Of a DNA stretch of 64,000 bases, positions 30,404 through 42,168 are shown piece by piece. Made by a program: the position numbers and the translations under genes. The notes under the pieces are model-generated. The model was not told where the DNA came from, did no database searches, and worked only from the letters and a program-made list of their open reading frames with translations. Position 1 is the first letter of the stretch. Every line of letters starts with the position of its first letter. The stretch comes from an uncultured Acidobacteriota bacterium. GTDB taxonomy: Bacteria; Acidobacteriota; Terriglobia; UBA7540. The DNA lies in NCBI GenBank assembly GCA_963804995.1, contig CAWDSK010000006.1, forward strand, positions 576,001 through 640,000. The letters run 5' to 3'.

Positions 30404-31390
30404 ATGAAACGCATAATTCCGCTCCTGATACTCTTGGCGATCGGCGGCACCGCGGTCTACTTCCATCCGCAATGGTTTCGTAAGCCGGCCCCTGAAAATG
30501 TGCTCAAGCTTTCGGGGAACATTGAAGCGCACGAGAGCCTGGTGAGCTTCAAGGTGACTGGCCGCGTCACTGACCTGCCCGTCGATGAGGGCATGACGCT
30601 GAAAGCCGGCGAGGTGGTGGCGCGGCTCGATAACGATGACTACCGGCAACAGGTGGCCGTGGACGAATCCGTTATTCACGTGCGCAACCGGCAACTTGAC
30701 CTGGGCCTGGCGGGCAGCCGGACACAAGACATCGAGGCCGCCAAGCTCGCGGTCGAGGACGCCAAGGCTGACCTTGACCAGAAGAAGAAGGACCTGGCGC
30801 GCTACCAGGCGCTCTACGAGAAGGACGAAATCCCCGGCCAGACGCGCGATTTGGCAGCCACTAACGTCACCCGCGCCCAAGCTACGTGGGAGCGCGCGCA
30901 GCAAGTCTACAATGAACTTGTGGAAGGAACGCGCAAGGAAGAACTGGCCGTCGACCACGCCAATGTTCACCAAGCGGACCAGAGCCTGGATTTGTCCCGC
31001 ATCCGGCTGGCTTATACCGTGCTGCGCGCGCCCTTCGATGGAGTAATTCTGACCCGCCAGGCGGAACTGGGAGAGGTGGTTTTGCCGGGCACGCCGATTA
31101 TCACGCTCGCCGACCTGGACCATCTATGGGTGCGGGTCTACGTGCCGGAGACTGATCTTGGCAAAGTGCATTGGGGGCAGGCGGTCGAGGTGCGGACTGA
31201 CACCTACCCCAACAAGATTTATCACGGTCGGATTTCCTTCGTCTCTTCAGAGGCGGAATTCACTCCCAAGAGCGTGCAGACTGAGACGGAGCGCGTCACG
31301 CTGGTTTACCGGGTGAAAGTAGACGTGGAGAATCCGAACCGGGAACTGAAGCCCGGAATGCCGGCTGACACCATTATCAAATTGCAGTAG
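30404..31390 (+). CDS. HlyD-family efflux adaptor (YbhG-like)
   Basis: LSGNIEA, lipoyl halves (G.V..LPVDEG; LRAPFDG), AEFTPKSVQT..ER..LVYRVK, LKPGMPAD. Confidence 0.92.
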   Translation: MKRIIPLLILLAIGGTAVYFHPQWFRKPAPENVLKLSGNIEAHESLVSFKVTGRVTDLPVDEGMTLKAGEVVARLDNDDYRQQVAVDESVIHVRNRQLDLGLAGSRTQDIEAAKLAVEDAKADLDQKKKDLARYQALYEKDEIPGQTRDLAATNVTRAQATWERAQQVYNELVEGTRKEELAVDHANVHQADQSLDLSRIRLAYTVLRAPFDGVILTRQAELGEVVLPGTPIITLADLDHLWVRVYVPETDLGKVHWGQAVEVRTDTYPNKIYHGRISFVSSEAEFTPKSVQTETERVTLVYRVKVDVENPNRELKPGMPADTIIKLQ

Positions 31391-31400
31391 CGAGTACATC

Positions 31401-32353
31401 GTGAGCATCCCTCCTGCCATCGTCGTTTCCTCACTCAGCAAGCGCTTCGGCGAAGTACGCGCCGTGGAGGGGCTCAGCTTTGAAGTTTATGCGGGAGAGA
31501 TTTTTGGTTTGGTGGGGCCGGACGGCGCTGGCAAAACCACCGCGCTCCGCATGCTGGCGGGCGTGCTGGCAGTGGATTCAGGCTCGGCGACAGTGGCCGG
31601 CTTCGATGTGGTGCATGACCCGGAGGGCGCCAAGTTTCAGCTCAGCTATATGTCGCAACGATTCGGCCTCTACGAAGACCTTACAGTAGACGAAAATCTA
31701 CGGTTTTATGCGGATTTATTTGGAGTAGTGCGCAAGCAGCGCGAGCGGCGCTCCCAGGAATTGCTGGCGGCCGCCGGCCTGAGCGATTTCCGGAGCCGCC
31801 TGGCGGGGAACCTCTCGGGCGGGATGAAACAGAAACTCGGCCTGGTCTGCGCCTTGATTCACACGCCCAAGGTGATCCTCCTCGACGAACCGACCAACGG
31901 CGTCGATCCGGTATCGCGGCGCGACTTCTGGCGCATACTCTATTCACTGGTGGCCGAAGGCGTGGCCATTCTCACTTCCACTTCCTACCTCAACGAAGCG
32001 GAGCGCTGTCATCGCGTGGGGCTCATCCACCAGGGCCGCATGCTCTTTTGCGATCGGCCGGAGGAATTAAAGCGGAAATTCCCCGGTGAGATTCTGGCCG
32101 TGCATGCCTCGCAGCCGGGGCAGGTGCGGGAGGCGCTGGCGGGGGCGCCGGGTGTGCGTAGTGCCTTGCTGGTGGGCGACCACGTCCATCTGTTTGTGGA
32201 CAATGCGGCCGGCCGCCTCGCGGAGTTGCGCGGGCGCCTGGAGTCCGCCGGAGTCGCCTACGATTCCATCCGCCAGGTTGCGCCGAGTATTGAGGATCTT
32301 TTTGTTTCCGCCGTGGAAAACGAACCCTCGACAACAACTGGAACGAAACCTTC

Positions 32354-32357
<4 letters not shown>
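31401..32357 (+). CDS. ABC transporter ATP-binding protein
   Basis: GPDGAGKTT, LSGGMKQ, LLDEPT. Confidence 0.93.
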
Positions 32358-33306
<949 letters not shown>

Positions 33307-33310
<4 letters not shown>

Positions 33311-34440
33311 GCCTGCGCCGCATCCTGGCCATGACGCGCAAGGAAGTGATTCAGATCCGGCGCGATCCGCGCAGCCTCCTGATCATCATCGCCATGCCGC
33401 TGATCCAGCTCTTCATCTATGGCTATGCGGTGAACCTGGACATCAGGCACATCCCCCTTTGCGTGTACGACCGTGACGCAACCCAGACCAGCCAGGACCT
33501 GCTGAAACGTTTTCAAGCGACCGACTACTTTGACATCGTTCGCGTGTCACCGAACTACCGGGACGTTGTCCGGCACATCGATCAAGGCGCCTGCACGGTG
33601 GCGGTGGTGGTACCGCCGCAGTTTTCGGAAACGTTGCGGTCAAGCGGGCAAGCGAGTGTGCAGGCGCTGCTCGACGCGAGTGACAGCAACACAGCCAACA
33701 TTGGCATGGGCTATACCCTGAGCATCCTGCAGGCCTACTCGCAGCAGGTTCAGATCGATTGGCTGCAGCGGCGCGGTGCGGCCCCGATGGCCCCGGCCGT
33801 CACCTTTCAGCCGCGCACGTGGTTTAACGAAGATCTGGCGAGCATGGCGAACATCATCCCGGGCGTTGTGGCTCTGGTGATGGCGGTGGTGGGCGCCTTT
33901 CTGACCTCGCTCACCATCGCGCGCGAGTGGGAGCGCGGCACGATGGAACAACTCATTTCGACACCCGTGGGCAAGCTGGAAATTGAGATTGGAAAACTTC
34001 TGCCTTACTTCGTCATCGGAATGCTGGACACTGCGCTGTGCGCCGGCATGGGAGTTTGGTGGTTCGGTGTTCCCTTCCGGGGAAGCTGGACCCTCATGTT
34101 CGGCTGCTCGATGTTGTTTCTGATTGTGGTGTTGTCGCTCGGCTACCTGATTTCCGTCGTAGCCAAGTCGCAGCTTGCCGCGAGCCAACTAGCTCTGCTG
34201 ACCACGTTTTTGCCGGCCTTTCTCCTGTCGGGTTTCGTATTCCCCATCGAGCAGATGCCGATCGTTGTGCAATGGATCACCCGAGTCCTGCCGGCGCGCT
34301 ATTACGTCTCGATCTTGCGAAACGTTTTCCTGAAGGGCACCCCGGCACGCTTGATGGCCGGACAAGTGACCGCCCTGGCCATCATTGCGGCAGTATCGAT
34401 CACGCTCGCCACCCGCGCGTTTCAAAAGAGGCTGGAATGA
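33307..34440 (+). CDS. ABC-2 type permease (YbhS-like)
   Basis: KE..QIRRD, AREWERGTMEQL..TP, LSGFVFPI. Confidence 0.9.
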
Positions 34441-35585
34441 GTTTTCGCTCCTCACTCACGCGCATCCGTCAAATGCTGGGGAAGGAATTCATCCAGACGT
34501 TGCGCGATCCCCGCACGCGGTGGATGTTGATTGGCCCCCCGGTCATCCAGATGTTGGTCTTTGGATACGCGGCCACGCTGGATGTGAAGCATGTGGAACT
34601 GGCGGTGCTCGACTTGGACAACACTCAGGAGAGCCGTGAGTTGGTTTCCCATTTCTCCGCCAGCCGCTATTTCGATTTGAAGACGCATGCCGCGCGGCGC
34701 GAGGAGCTCCGCGACGGAATCGACCGCGGCGACGTTCTGGTCGCGCTGGAAATTGATTCCGGGTTTGCCCAGCGCCTGCGCACTGGGCAGGGCGCAACCG
34801 TACAAGCGTTGGTGGATTGTTCAAACTCGAACACGGCCCTGGTGGCGCTCGGCTATCTCAACCAGATCGGCGCCCAATTCGCCCGGGGCATTCAGCTCGA
34901 CCAGCTAGGGCGAACGGCGCCGCAGTTGATGGCTTTTCTGCCCCAGGTCGACCTGCAGGTCCGGCCGTGGTTCAACGAAGCCCTGGACAGCCGCTGGTAT
35001 TTCGTTCCGAGCGTCATTGGCAATCTCACGCTGATTATGGTCATGATGTTGACTGCCTTCGCCGTAGTGCGCGAACGCGAGATTGGCACGCTTGAGCAAG
35101 TCATGGTCACGCCCATCCGCCGCTGGGAGTTCATCCTGGGCAAAACAATTCCCTTCTTCCTGATTGGCTGCTTTGACGCCGCCATGATTTCTCTGGTCGG
35201 GACCCTGTGGTTCGGCGTGCCCTTTCGTGGAAGCCTATGGGTGCTGGCCGCCGGAGTTGTGGCCTTCATCTTCGCCTCCCTGGGTCTGGGACTCCTGATC
35301 TCAACCATCTCCGCTACCCAGCAACAGGCCATGATCACGTCCTTCTTTTTCACCATGCCGATGATCACCCTTTCCGGATTCGCCACGCCCATCAGCAGCA
35401 TGCCGAGGTTCTTCCAGGAGCTGACCTACCTCAACCCCATGCGCTATGTCATGGTGGTCCTGCGCAGTGTCTATCTCAAGGGCGTGGGCTTTGACGTGCT
35501 CTGGCCGCAGATTGCCGCCATGGCAGCCTCGGCGGTGATCCTGCTGGGTATCAGCGTCCTGCGCTTCCACAAATCGCTCGAATAA
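34437..35585 (+). CDS. ABC-2 type permease (YbhR-like)
   Basis: KEFIQTLRD, VREREIGTLEQ.MVTP, LSGFATPI; ATGA overlap with the upstream gene. Confidence 0.9.
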   Translation: MSFRSSLTRIRQMLGKEFIQTLRDPRTRWMLIGPPVIQMLVFGYAATLDVKHVELAVLDLDNTQESRELVSHFSASRYFDLKTHAARREELRDGIDRGDVLVALEIDSGFAQRLRTGQGATVQALVDCSNSNTALVALGYLNQIGAQFARGIQLDQLGRTAPQLMAFLPQVDLQVRPWFNEALDSRWYFVPSVIGNLTLIMVMMLTAFAVVREREIGTLEQVMVTPIRRWEFILGKTIPFFLIGCFDAAMISLVGTLWFGVPFRGSLWVLAAGVVAFIFASLGLGLLISTISATQQQAMITSFFFTMPMITLSGFATPISSMPRFFQELTYLNPMRYVMVVLRSVYLKGVGFDVLWPQIAAMAASAVILLGISVLRFHKSLE

Positions 35586-35629
35586 AGGCACAGCCTTTCC
35601 GCACAGACGCCCCTGCTCCTGCGGCCCAC

Positions 35630-35763
35630 CACTGACGATGAAATTGCGCGCAGCGCTTTGGACTGCGGTAGCAGCAGCTACCGCCTTCCGCCTTGGGTTC
35701 ATACGCCAAATGTGCAGATTGCGGAGGAAGAAAAGCGGTAGCTGCTGCTACCGCACTCCAAAG
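35630..35763. repeat. REP-doublet element, copy 1 (~134 bp)
   Basis: TTGGACTGCGGTAGCAGCAGCTACCGC ... GCGGTAGCTGCTGCTACCGCACTCCAA; near-identical copy at 39966-40098. Confidence 0.85.
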
Positions 35764-36045
35764 TGCCTTCGGCACAGCAATTTTCAGGGCAGCATGCGGC
35801 GGTGCCCCTCGGCGAGCGGATGGTAATTTCGACAAGCTCGGCCAGAGACCGCCGCTCCGGCCACCGCCGCCCCACGATTCTCGCACTGGATTTCCGGAAC
35901 GATGTACAATGGCGCGCCGAGTGGCCGCTCGATCTGTCCTCACCTAAGTTGTACCCGCAGGTTGTCCGCGGAGGCCGTCAAGTGCAGAGGGTTATTGCAG
36001 CGCCAAATTCGAGTCACCCTACAACACGCTGGATGGGAGTCATCC

Positions 36046-38691
36046 ATGACTATCTTGAATCGTCGCGATTTTATTTCGATTATTGCAGCATCACTGGCTA
36101 GCAAAGGTTTCGCCCAGTCGGGGCAAGAAATCCCCATCATCCTTTCTGCTGACGCCGCACCCGTGGAGAAATTCGCCGCCATCGAGCTCGCGAAGTATCT
36201 TCACACGCTTTTCCCCGCCGGCGGGTTCAGCGTAACGGAGGGGGCGCCGCCCAGCGGCCCCTTCATCCGTTTGGGCACGCTCCAGAACTCTCCGCAACTA
36301 TCCAGTTATGTTGCCAAGCCTGATCTTACCCATTCGGATAGCTATGTCGTTACTACCGCGCATGACGGGCAGGCGCCGGTCGGAATCATTGCGGGCCATG
36401 ACCCGCGCGGCACGCTGTTCGCCGTTTACGCGCTGATGGAGAAATTAGGATGCGGCTTTTATCTTTCTTACGACGCGCGGCCTGATGCGCAGTCAGGCCC
36501 CTTCACTTTCGATGCCTGGAAACTCGCGGATACTCCCCTGGTGCAGGATAGGATTATTTTCAACTGGCACAATTTTCTGAGCGGCTGCTCGGGCTGGGAT
36601 TTACCGGATTGGCAGAAGTGGATCGACCAGGCCGCCAAGATGCGCTTCAATTCCATCATGGTGCATGCCTACGGCAACAACCCCATGTTCTCATTCACCC
36701 ACAACGGCCAAACCAAGCCGACGGGTTTTATTACCACCAGCGCCCGCGGCCGCGACTGGGGCGCAGAGCACGTGAACGATGTGCGCAGGGTCTGGGGAGG
36801 CGGCGGAATATTCGAAAACCCGGTGCTGGGGGCGCCCGCCGCACAGGTTCCCGATCAGCAAACTGTCGAAGCGGCGATGCGCCTGATGCAACAAGTCTTC
36901 GCCTATGCGAAAAGCCGGGGCCTGGGCGTGAACTTCGCTCTGGATGTGGATACTCACTCCGCCAATCCGCAGAACATAATTTCGACGCTGCCCGAATCCG
37001 CTCGCATTGCGACGGGGAAATACTTGCTGGCGAATCCGGAGACGCGTGAGGGATTAGCCTATTACGAAAGCCAGGTGCGCCAACTGATGGGGAGCTACCC
37101 GGAGATTGACCGGATTGTTCAGTGGTTTCGCACGCCCGGCAGTCCCTGGAGCCCCTGGCGCGACCTGCCGCCTGCCGATTTCCCCGCGCCCTGGAAGGTG
37201 GAATACCAACAGGCGATGGAGAAGACGCCCTCACTTAAAACTGACCGGGACGCACCCGGCCTTTTCGCCATCAACAAGATCACGCAAGCTTTTCGCCGAT
37301 GCCTGGACAAAATCGGGAAGAAGCACGTGCAACTGGCGCTCGGCAGTTGGGAGTTCAAATATCTGCACGCGGCGGACACCTTCATGAGTCCTGAGATCGC
37401 CATGATTGGCATTCATCAATACCCCACCTACGGAAAGGAGGCCACGCAGGACACGATTCATGCCGTCAGTTCCCATCGCCAGGTTATTGCCCTGCCCTAC
37501 GCGCAGGATGACGATGGCGCGTATGCCGGGCGCCCCTACACGCCTCCCGCGGGGTTTGCCTCGTGGCTGGAACAGAGCGGCTGCGCGGGCTACGGCATAC
37601 TGCATTGGACGACGCGGCCGCTGGACATCTACCTCAAAAGTCTCTCCGTGCAGGTTTGGAAAAGCACCCGCGACCAGCGTCTCGATGAAACTTGCGAGCA
37701 GATGGCGGAGCGTACTTTTGGACGCGCCGGGCGGGCGGCTGGGGCCAAGTATCTTCTGCGCTGGATTACGGAGGCGCCCCTGTTCGGCCGCGATACCACC
37801 GACCGATTCATCGACCGCACCTTGCCTGAAGCCACTGAAGTTGCCATCGCCAGCCGGCAGCGGGTTCAAATATTGGATGAGATGCTGCCCTCATCACTGT
37901 CCGCGCAAGGTGTGGAATGGGTGTCGTACTTCCGGGAGTGGGAGCGCTTCGTTACGGAATTCTTCGCGAGTCATTCCGCGTGGGCACGTTCGGTGAAATT
38001 AGGAAAAGCCGGGGACATTGCTCAGGCACGGGAACAACTCGCCCAGAGCCAGCCCGAGCGGGTGCTGGAGCAATATGCCCGCATGGCGACGCGCCTGGGC
38101 AGCACGCCCGGAGAGAGGGGATTGCTCGTCTCCATGAACCTGCGTTGGCTGCCCTACATTGTTTCCACCCGCCAGGCCCTGGGCGTGGACGCCGTGCGCT
38201 GGAACTTCCAGCCCACCCAGGGCGAGACGCTGGCTCAGCTACCCGGCAGTTTCACTTTCTTCATCGATAGCGAGCACCACCTTTGGCGCGGCTGGGGCGA
38301 AAAAGAGACCAGTCAGCCCTGCTTCGCCAGCACCGAAACGCTGGAGGATCTCCGCGACGCCTACCTGGAGGTTCAAAAGCCATTCTCGTTGTCTCTGCGC
38401 TGCATCATGGGTGAGCCACTTCTGAAAGGAAAGTACAACGCGAAACTCTTTTTCCTTCCCGTGACGCAGCAAGCGCCCGAGGGCAGCGTCGATCTGGAGT
38501 TGCGAGGCTCCGGGCACGCGCCGCCCGTCAGGGACCACGTGGACCTGCGCCAAAAGTCTGCGGATAACTCCGGAGTGGTTACGGCGAGTTACCCTGTCAA
38601 TATCGACCAGGGTTATCTGCAATTGGATATTAAGCCCGTGGCGGGCAAGGTCCACTTGTGCGGCGTCGTGCTTGAGCCGGCTGCGGCGTGA
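36046..38691 (+). CDS. Tat-exported glycoside-hydrolase-like protein (GH20b/GH67N-type N-domain, TIM barrel reminiscent of GH89)
   Basis: NRRDFI Tat motif; EKFAAIELAKYL; GTLFAVY.LME.LG; W...DW..WID...KMRFN. Confidence 0.6.
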   Translation: MTILNRRDFISIIAASLASKGFAQSGQEIPIILSADAAPVEKFAAIELAKYLHTLFPAGGFSVTEGAPPSGPFIRLGTLQNSPQLSSYVAKPDLTHSDSYVVTTAHDGQAPVGIIAGHDPRGTLFAVYALMEKLGCGFYLSYDARPDAQSGPFTFDAWKLADTPLVQDRIIFNWHNFLSGCSGWDLPDWQKWIDQAAKMRFNSIMVHAYGNNPMFSFTHNGQTKPTGFITTSARGRDWGAEHVNDVRRVWGGGGIFENPVLGAPAAQVPDQQTVEAAMRLMQQVFAYAKSRGLGVNFALDVDTHSANPQNIISTLPESARIATGKYLLANPETREGLAYYESQVRQLMGSYPEIDRIVQWFRTPGSPWSPWRDLPPADFPAPWKVEYQQAMEKTPSLKTDRDAPGLFAINKITQAFRRCLDKIGKKHVQLALGSWEFKYLHAADTFMSPEIAMIGIHQYPTYGKEATQDTIHAVSSHRQVIALPYAQDDDGAYAGRPYTPPAGFASWLEQSGCAGYGILHWTTRPLDIYLKSLSVQVWKSTRDQRLDETCEQMAERTFGRAGRAAGAKYLLRWITEAPLFGRDTTDRFIDRTLPEATEVAIASRQRVQILDEMLPSSLSAQGVEWVSYFREWERFVTEFFASHSAWARSVKLGKAGDIAQAREQLAQSQPERVLEQYARMATRLGSTPGERGLLVSMNLRWLPYIVSTRQALGVDAVRWNFQPTQGETLAQLPGSFTFFIDSEHHLWRGWGEKETSQPCFASTETLEDLRDAYLEVQKPFSLSLRCIMGEPLLKGKYNAKLFFLPVTQQAPEGSVDLELRGSGHAPPVRDHVDLRQKSADNSGVVTASYPVNIDQGYLQLDIKPVAGKVHLCGVVLEPAAA

Positions 38692-38694
38692 GTG

Positions 38695-38991
38695 CTAGTG
38701 CGGTGTCCCGTGTTAGAGTTGACAATGGGTAGAACCCCCTCACCCGTCTGGCATCGGCTGATGAGAACGCCTCGGCCAGCCACCCTCTCCCCCAAAGGGG
38801 CGAGGGCAAGAAAATCAACTCCCCCCTCGGTCGCCGCGGCGACCGAGGGGGGAGTTGATTTGCATTTACTACTCGCGTTGGCAAGGCGGGGCGGAGGAGT
38901 GATTCGTATTTACAGCCCTCGGTTGCCGCGGCGACAGAGGGTGGACCGCAACCGGCGTCTTCATCAGCCGGGGCGGGACGGGTGAGGGGGT
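38695..38991. repeat. MITE-derived composite repeat: left end matches the 50390 element, CCCTCACCC-type REPs and a perfect 50-bp palindrome
   Basis: 38695-38825 is nearly identical to 50390-50520; 38812-38861 is a loopless palindrome. Confidence 0.8.
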
Positions 38992-39032
38992 CCATGAGTC
39001 GAAGGGCACAGAACGAAACCCACGACGGGTGA

Positions 39033-39855
39033 TTAATAGAGCGCCTTGCCCGTGGTATCAGGCGCGGCCTTGCCGAGCGGGTCGAGAAGCTGCCGAGCGC
39101 CGCGCGCCATGTACATCAGTTCCGTGGTGGTTTGAAAGAAACGGAAGCCTTGCTCGAACGTACTTTTGGATTTGCGCGGCATCCTTGACCGGCGCTCCCA
39201 GGAATTTCTGATGGGCTTGGCCGGCGGCAATAATTTTCTTCAGCGCCTCTTGCACCTTGGGATGATCCACCTGCCCGCGGCATCCCAGCGAGAATGACAG
39301 GTCGCTGGTTCCCACAAAAATAACGTCAACCCCGGGCGTGGCGGCGATCGCGTCAATCTCTTCCACGGCGCGGGCTTCTTCGACCACGATGATCACCATG
39401 ACGTTGCGATCGGCGAAGTCGTGGTAACCCTCGGGCGCCGGCCAACGGAACGTTGCGAGGCCCGGGCCCGAGCCGCGCCGTCCGTGGGGCGGATACTTGC
39501 ACGCCGCCACCGCCTGGCGTGCCAGCTCCGGCGTGCTGGTGAACGGGAACATCACGCCCAAAGCGCCGGCGTCGAGCACGCGCTTCGCAGTCCACAGCTC
39601 GTTGATGGGAACCCGGGCAAAGGGTATGGCCTTCAGTCCGCGTGTGGCCAGAACCATGTTGCGCAGGGTTTCGAGCGTGATGGGGCTGTGCTCCATTTCG
39701 ATCCAGAGGAAATCAAACCCCAGGTTCGCGGCCTGCGCCGCAATTTCCGGGCTCGCAACCGTGAGGGTAATCCCCACCACCGTGTTCCCTTCCCGCAGAG
39801 ACTTCCGCACAGGATTTTCCCAGACCCCTTGCGGACCCGCATTTTCAGTAGCCAT
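39033..39855 (-). CDS. HpcH/HpaI aldolase family protein, 1-nt insertion at 39153-39159
   Basis: GFDFLWIEMEH, KRVLDAGALGVMFP, YPPHGRRG, GVDVIFVGTSDLS; the C-terminus KYVEQGFRF continues in ORF 39033-39230. Confidence 0.88.
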
Positions 39856-39965
39856 GATGCCTCTCCTTGAAAAGTATGAAAACGGTCACGTGATGATTAA
39901 CCGGACTTCTCAAACCTTGAACCTCGCTGAGATCTTACGAGGACGCCCATGCTTCTGCGACGCAA

Positions 39966-40129
39966 CACTGACAATGAAAATGCGCGCAGCGCCTTGGACT
40001 GCGGTCGCAGCAGCTACCGCCTTCCGCCTTGGTTCATTCGGTAAATGTGCAAATTGCGGAGGAAGAAAAGCGGTAGCTGCTGCTACCGCACTCCAAAGCC
40101 ACCATATGGCGAGGTAAACTCGCCGCTAC
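39966..40129. repeat. REP-doublet element copy 2, plus a 28-bp GTAG REP identical (inverted) to 8202-8229
   Basis: Matches 35630-35763; CCATATGGCGAGGTAAACTCGCCGCTAC at 40102-40129. Confidence 0.85.
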
Positions 40130-40221
40130 GACATCGAGCTGAATCACTACCCGACGGCCCAAGGTTAAGTCATCCCCCCGATGCGCGTCTATCGGAATCT
40201 CTAACCGCAACCGCGGCCCCG

Positions 40222-40279
40222 GTTTTCACTTTTGCCCTTTGCCTTTTGCCTTTTGCATTTTGACTTGTTCTTGCGCCCC
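40222..40279. repeat. Degenerate heptamer (TTTTGCC-like) run ending in a 21-mer shared with 42110-42130
   Basis: TTTGACTTGTTCTTGCGCCCC occurs at both sites after 7-nt periodic runs. Confidence 0.7.
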
Positions 40280-40438
40280 AGCAGCGCTGCCCCCTCGGGA
40301 TAACCAGCCCAAGTTTATCCTGGCAACCCATAATCCGTGTTGCGATTCCGCCGCTTCCTGAGCATACTAGCGCACCGGGTGAGGGCCGCAAGAACCGATC
40401 CGCGGCACCCTCACCCCATAACCACGGAGGCACAAACG

Positions 40439-41267
40439 ATGTCGCGAAATACCTGGTACGCTGTTCTCACTTTGTCATTGTTATTCTCAACGGCCGTATG
40501 GAACGTAACTGCCCAGGAAACCAAGCCGGCTTTCCACTGGCCGGAGGGAAAGCGGGTCGCCGTCAGCCTGTCGTTTGACAACGGGCGCGCGAGCCAAGTT
40601 GATACAGGTTTAGACGTCATAAATCCCACTGGCGTCAAGGTTACCTTCTTCGTTAATCCGCCCGCGGTCAAGGAGCACCTCAACGGCTGGAAGCGCGCCG
40701 TGGCCAGTGGGCACGAAATCGGAAGCCACAGCGTGACCCATCCTTGCACGGGCAACTTCCCCTGGTCGGCCAAGAACGCCTTGGAGGATTACACTCTGGA
40801 CCGGATGTCCAGGCAGCTCGAACGATGCCAGCGCGCAGATTCAGGAGCTGCTAGGCGTCCACCCCACTACCTTCGCTTATCCTTGCGGCCAGAAGTTTGT
40901 AGGCCGAGGACCGCAGATGAAGAGCTACATCCCGCTGATCGGCCAGAAGTTTCTGGTGGGGCGCGGGTACATGGATGAATATTACAACGACCCGCTGGTT
41001 TGCGATCTGGCCCAGGCCGGCGGCATCGCCTTCGATGACATGGATTACATCGACATGGTGAAAAACATCACGAAGGCCGCCCAGCAGGGTGGATGGATTA
41101 TCTTTGCCGGCCACGACATCGGCCAAAAGAAATTTCAGTGTACCGATACCATTGCGCTCGCGGCGCTCTGCCGGTACATGAAGGACCCGGCCAACGGGAT
41201 CTGGATCGACACGGTTGAGAACATCGGAAAATACGTGATCAAGCAACGCGCGGCTCTGGGGAAATGA
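40439..41267 (+). CDS. Secreted polysaccharide deacetylase (NodB fold), 1-nt insertion at 40817-40823
   Basis: VSLSFD(N/D)G, TFFV, GHEIGSHSVTHP; removing one base gives QLDDASAQIQELLGVHPTTFAYPCG, joining ORF 40917-41267. Confidence 0.85.
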
Positions 41268-42168
41268 GGGCGAGCGACGCGAGGCTCTCTTATTTGCGAT
41301 TTGTGATTGGTGATTTGGCTAGTCCTTGCGGCCCTGCCGCTTAAAACACTCCCCTCCTCAGATGAGGAGGGGTGGCGCGACGAGCCCCGATAGCGCGTTC
41401 TTTCCAAATTGATCATCGGGGCCGAGCGCCGGGGTGGTGCTGACCGTGGGGTCACGCCACAGGGCCAGTTTCTACATTTCGACGGAGGGAATTGATACCT
41501 ACGCCTGCAGCGGTCGGTTCCGGCAATCACGGTGCGCTCTCGTGAATTCTTTCTCTCGCCCCCTTGGGGGAGAGGGTGGCGAGCCACCGGCGTTTTCATC
41601 AGCCGGGGCGAGACGGGTGAGGGGGTTAACAACCGTGAATATTGACGTGACCATGAATACCCTGCGACCGCATCGCCCGGCGCGATCCCCCCGCGCAGCG
41701 CGGTACGCTTTGATCGCCCGTGATTTTCGCGACGCGCCGAACCGCAACCGAACCCGTACGCGCCGCTGCACCTTAACTTGCGATGGCGAGCGCGTTCAGT
41801 TCAGACCCCCTCACCCGTCCCGCCCCCGCTGGTGAAAGCGCGGGTTGCGGTCCACCCTCTCCCCCAAAGGGGCGAGGGCTGAGATTCTGCATGGTAGGTT
41901 TTGAAAATGTAGAAACTCCAGCCACGGGTGTCCCGCCCGTGAGCGGCACGGCCAGGACCCCGATGGATCGGGGCAGGTCGGCCGTGGCACGTTGTGGTTG
42001 CAGCCTCCCACTGCACTGTGCTACCGCTTGTTTAGAGGGTCCCATTGAGCAAGATCACGGTAAAAAGTTTAGTTTTTCACTTTTGAGTTTTGCGTTTTGC
42101 GCTTTGCGATTTGACTTGTTCTTGCGCCCCGGCCACACCGCCCGAACAGCAACGGAGGAACGCTTCGC
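41268..42168. repeat. REP-rich intergenic patch
   Basis: Heptamer run at 41291-41317, hairpin CCCCTCCTCA/TGAGGAGGGG at 41350, CCCTCACCC-type REPs at ~41555-41626 (-) and 41805-41878 (+), GCCACGG..CCGTGGC pair at 41921-41989, heptamer run at 42066-42116. Confidence 0.7.

Noticed and set aside
35638..41835. Small ORFs such as AAVAAATAF and PLTRLAPADENA peptides
   Set aside because: Translations of REP/MITE repeats, recurring wherever the repeat occurs
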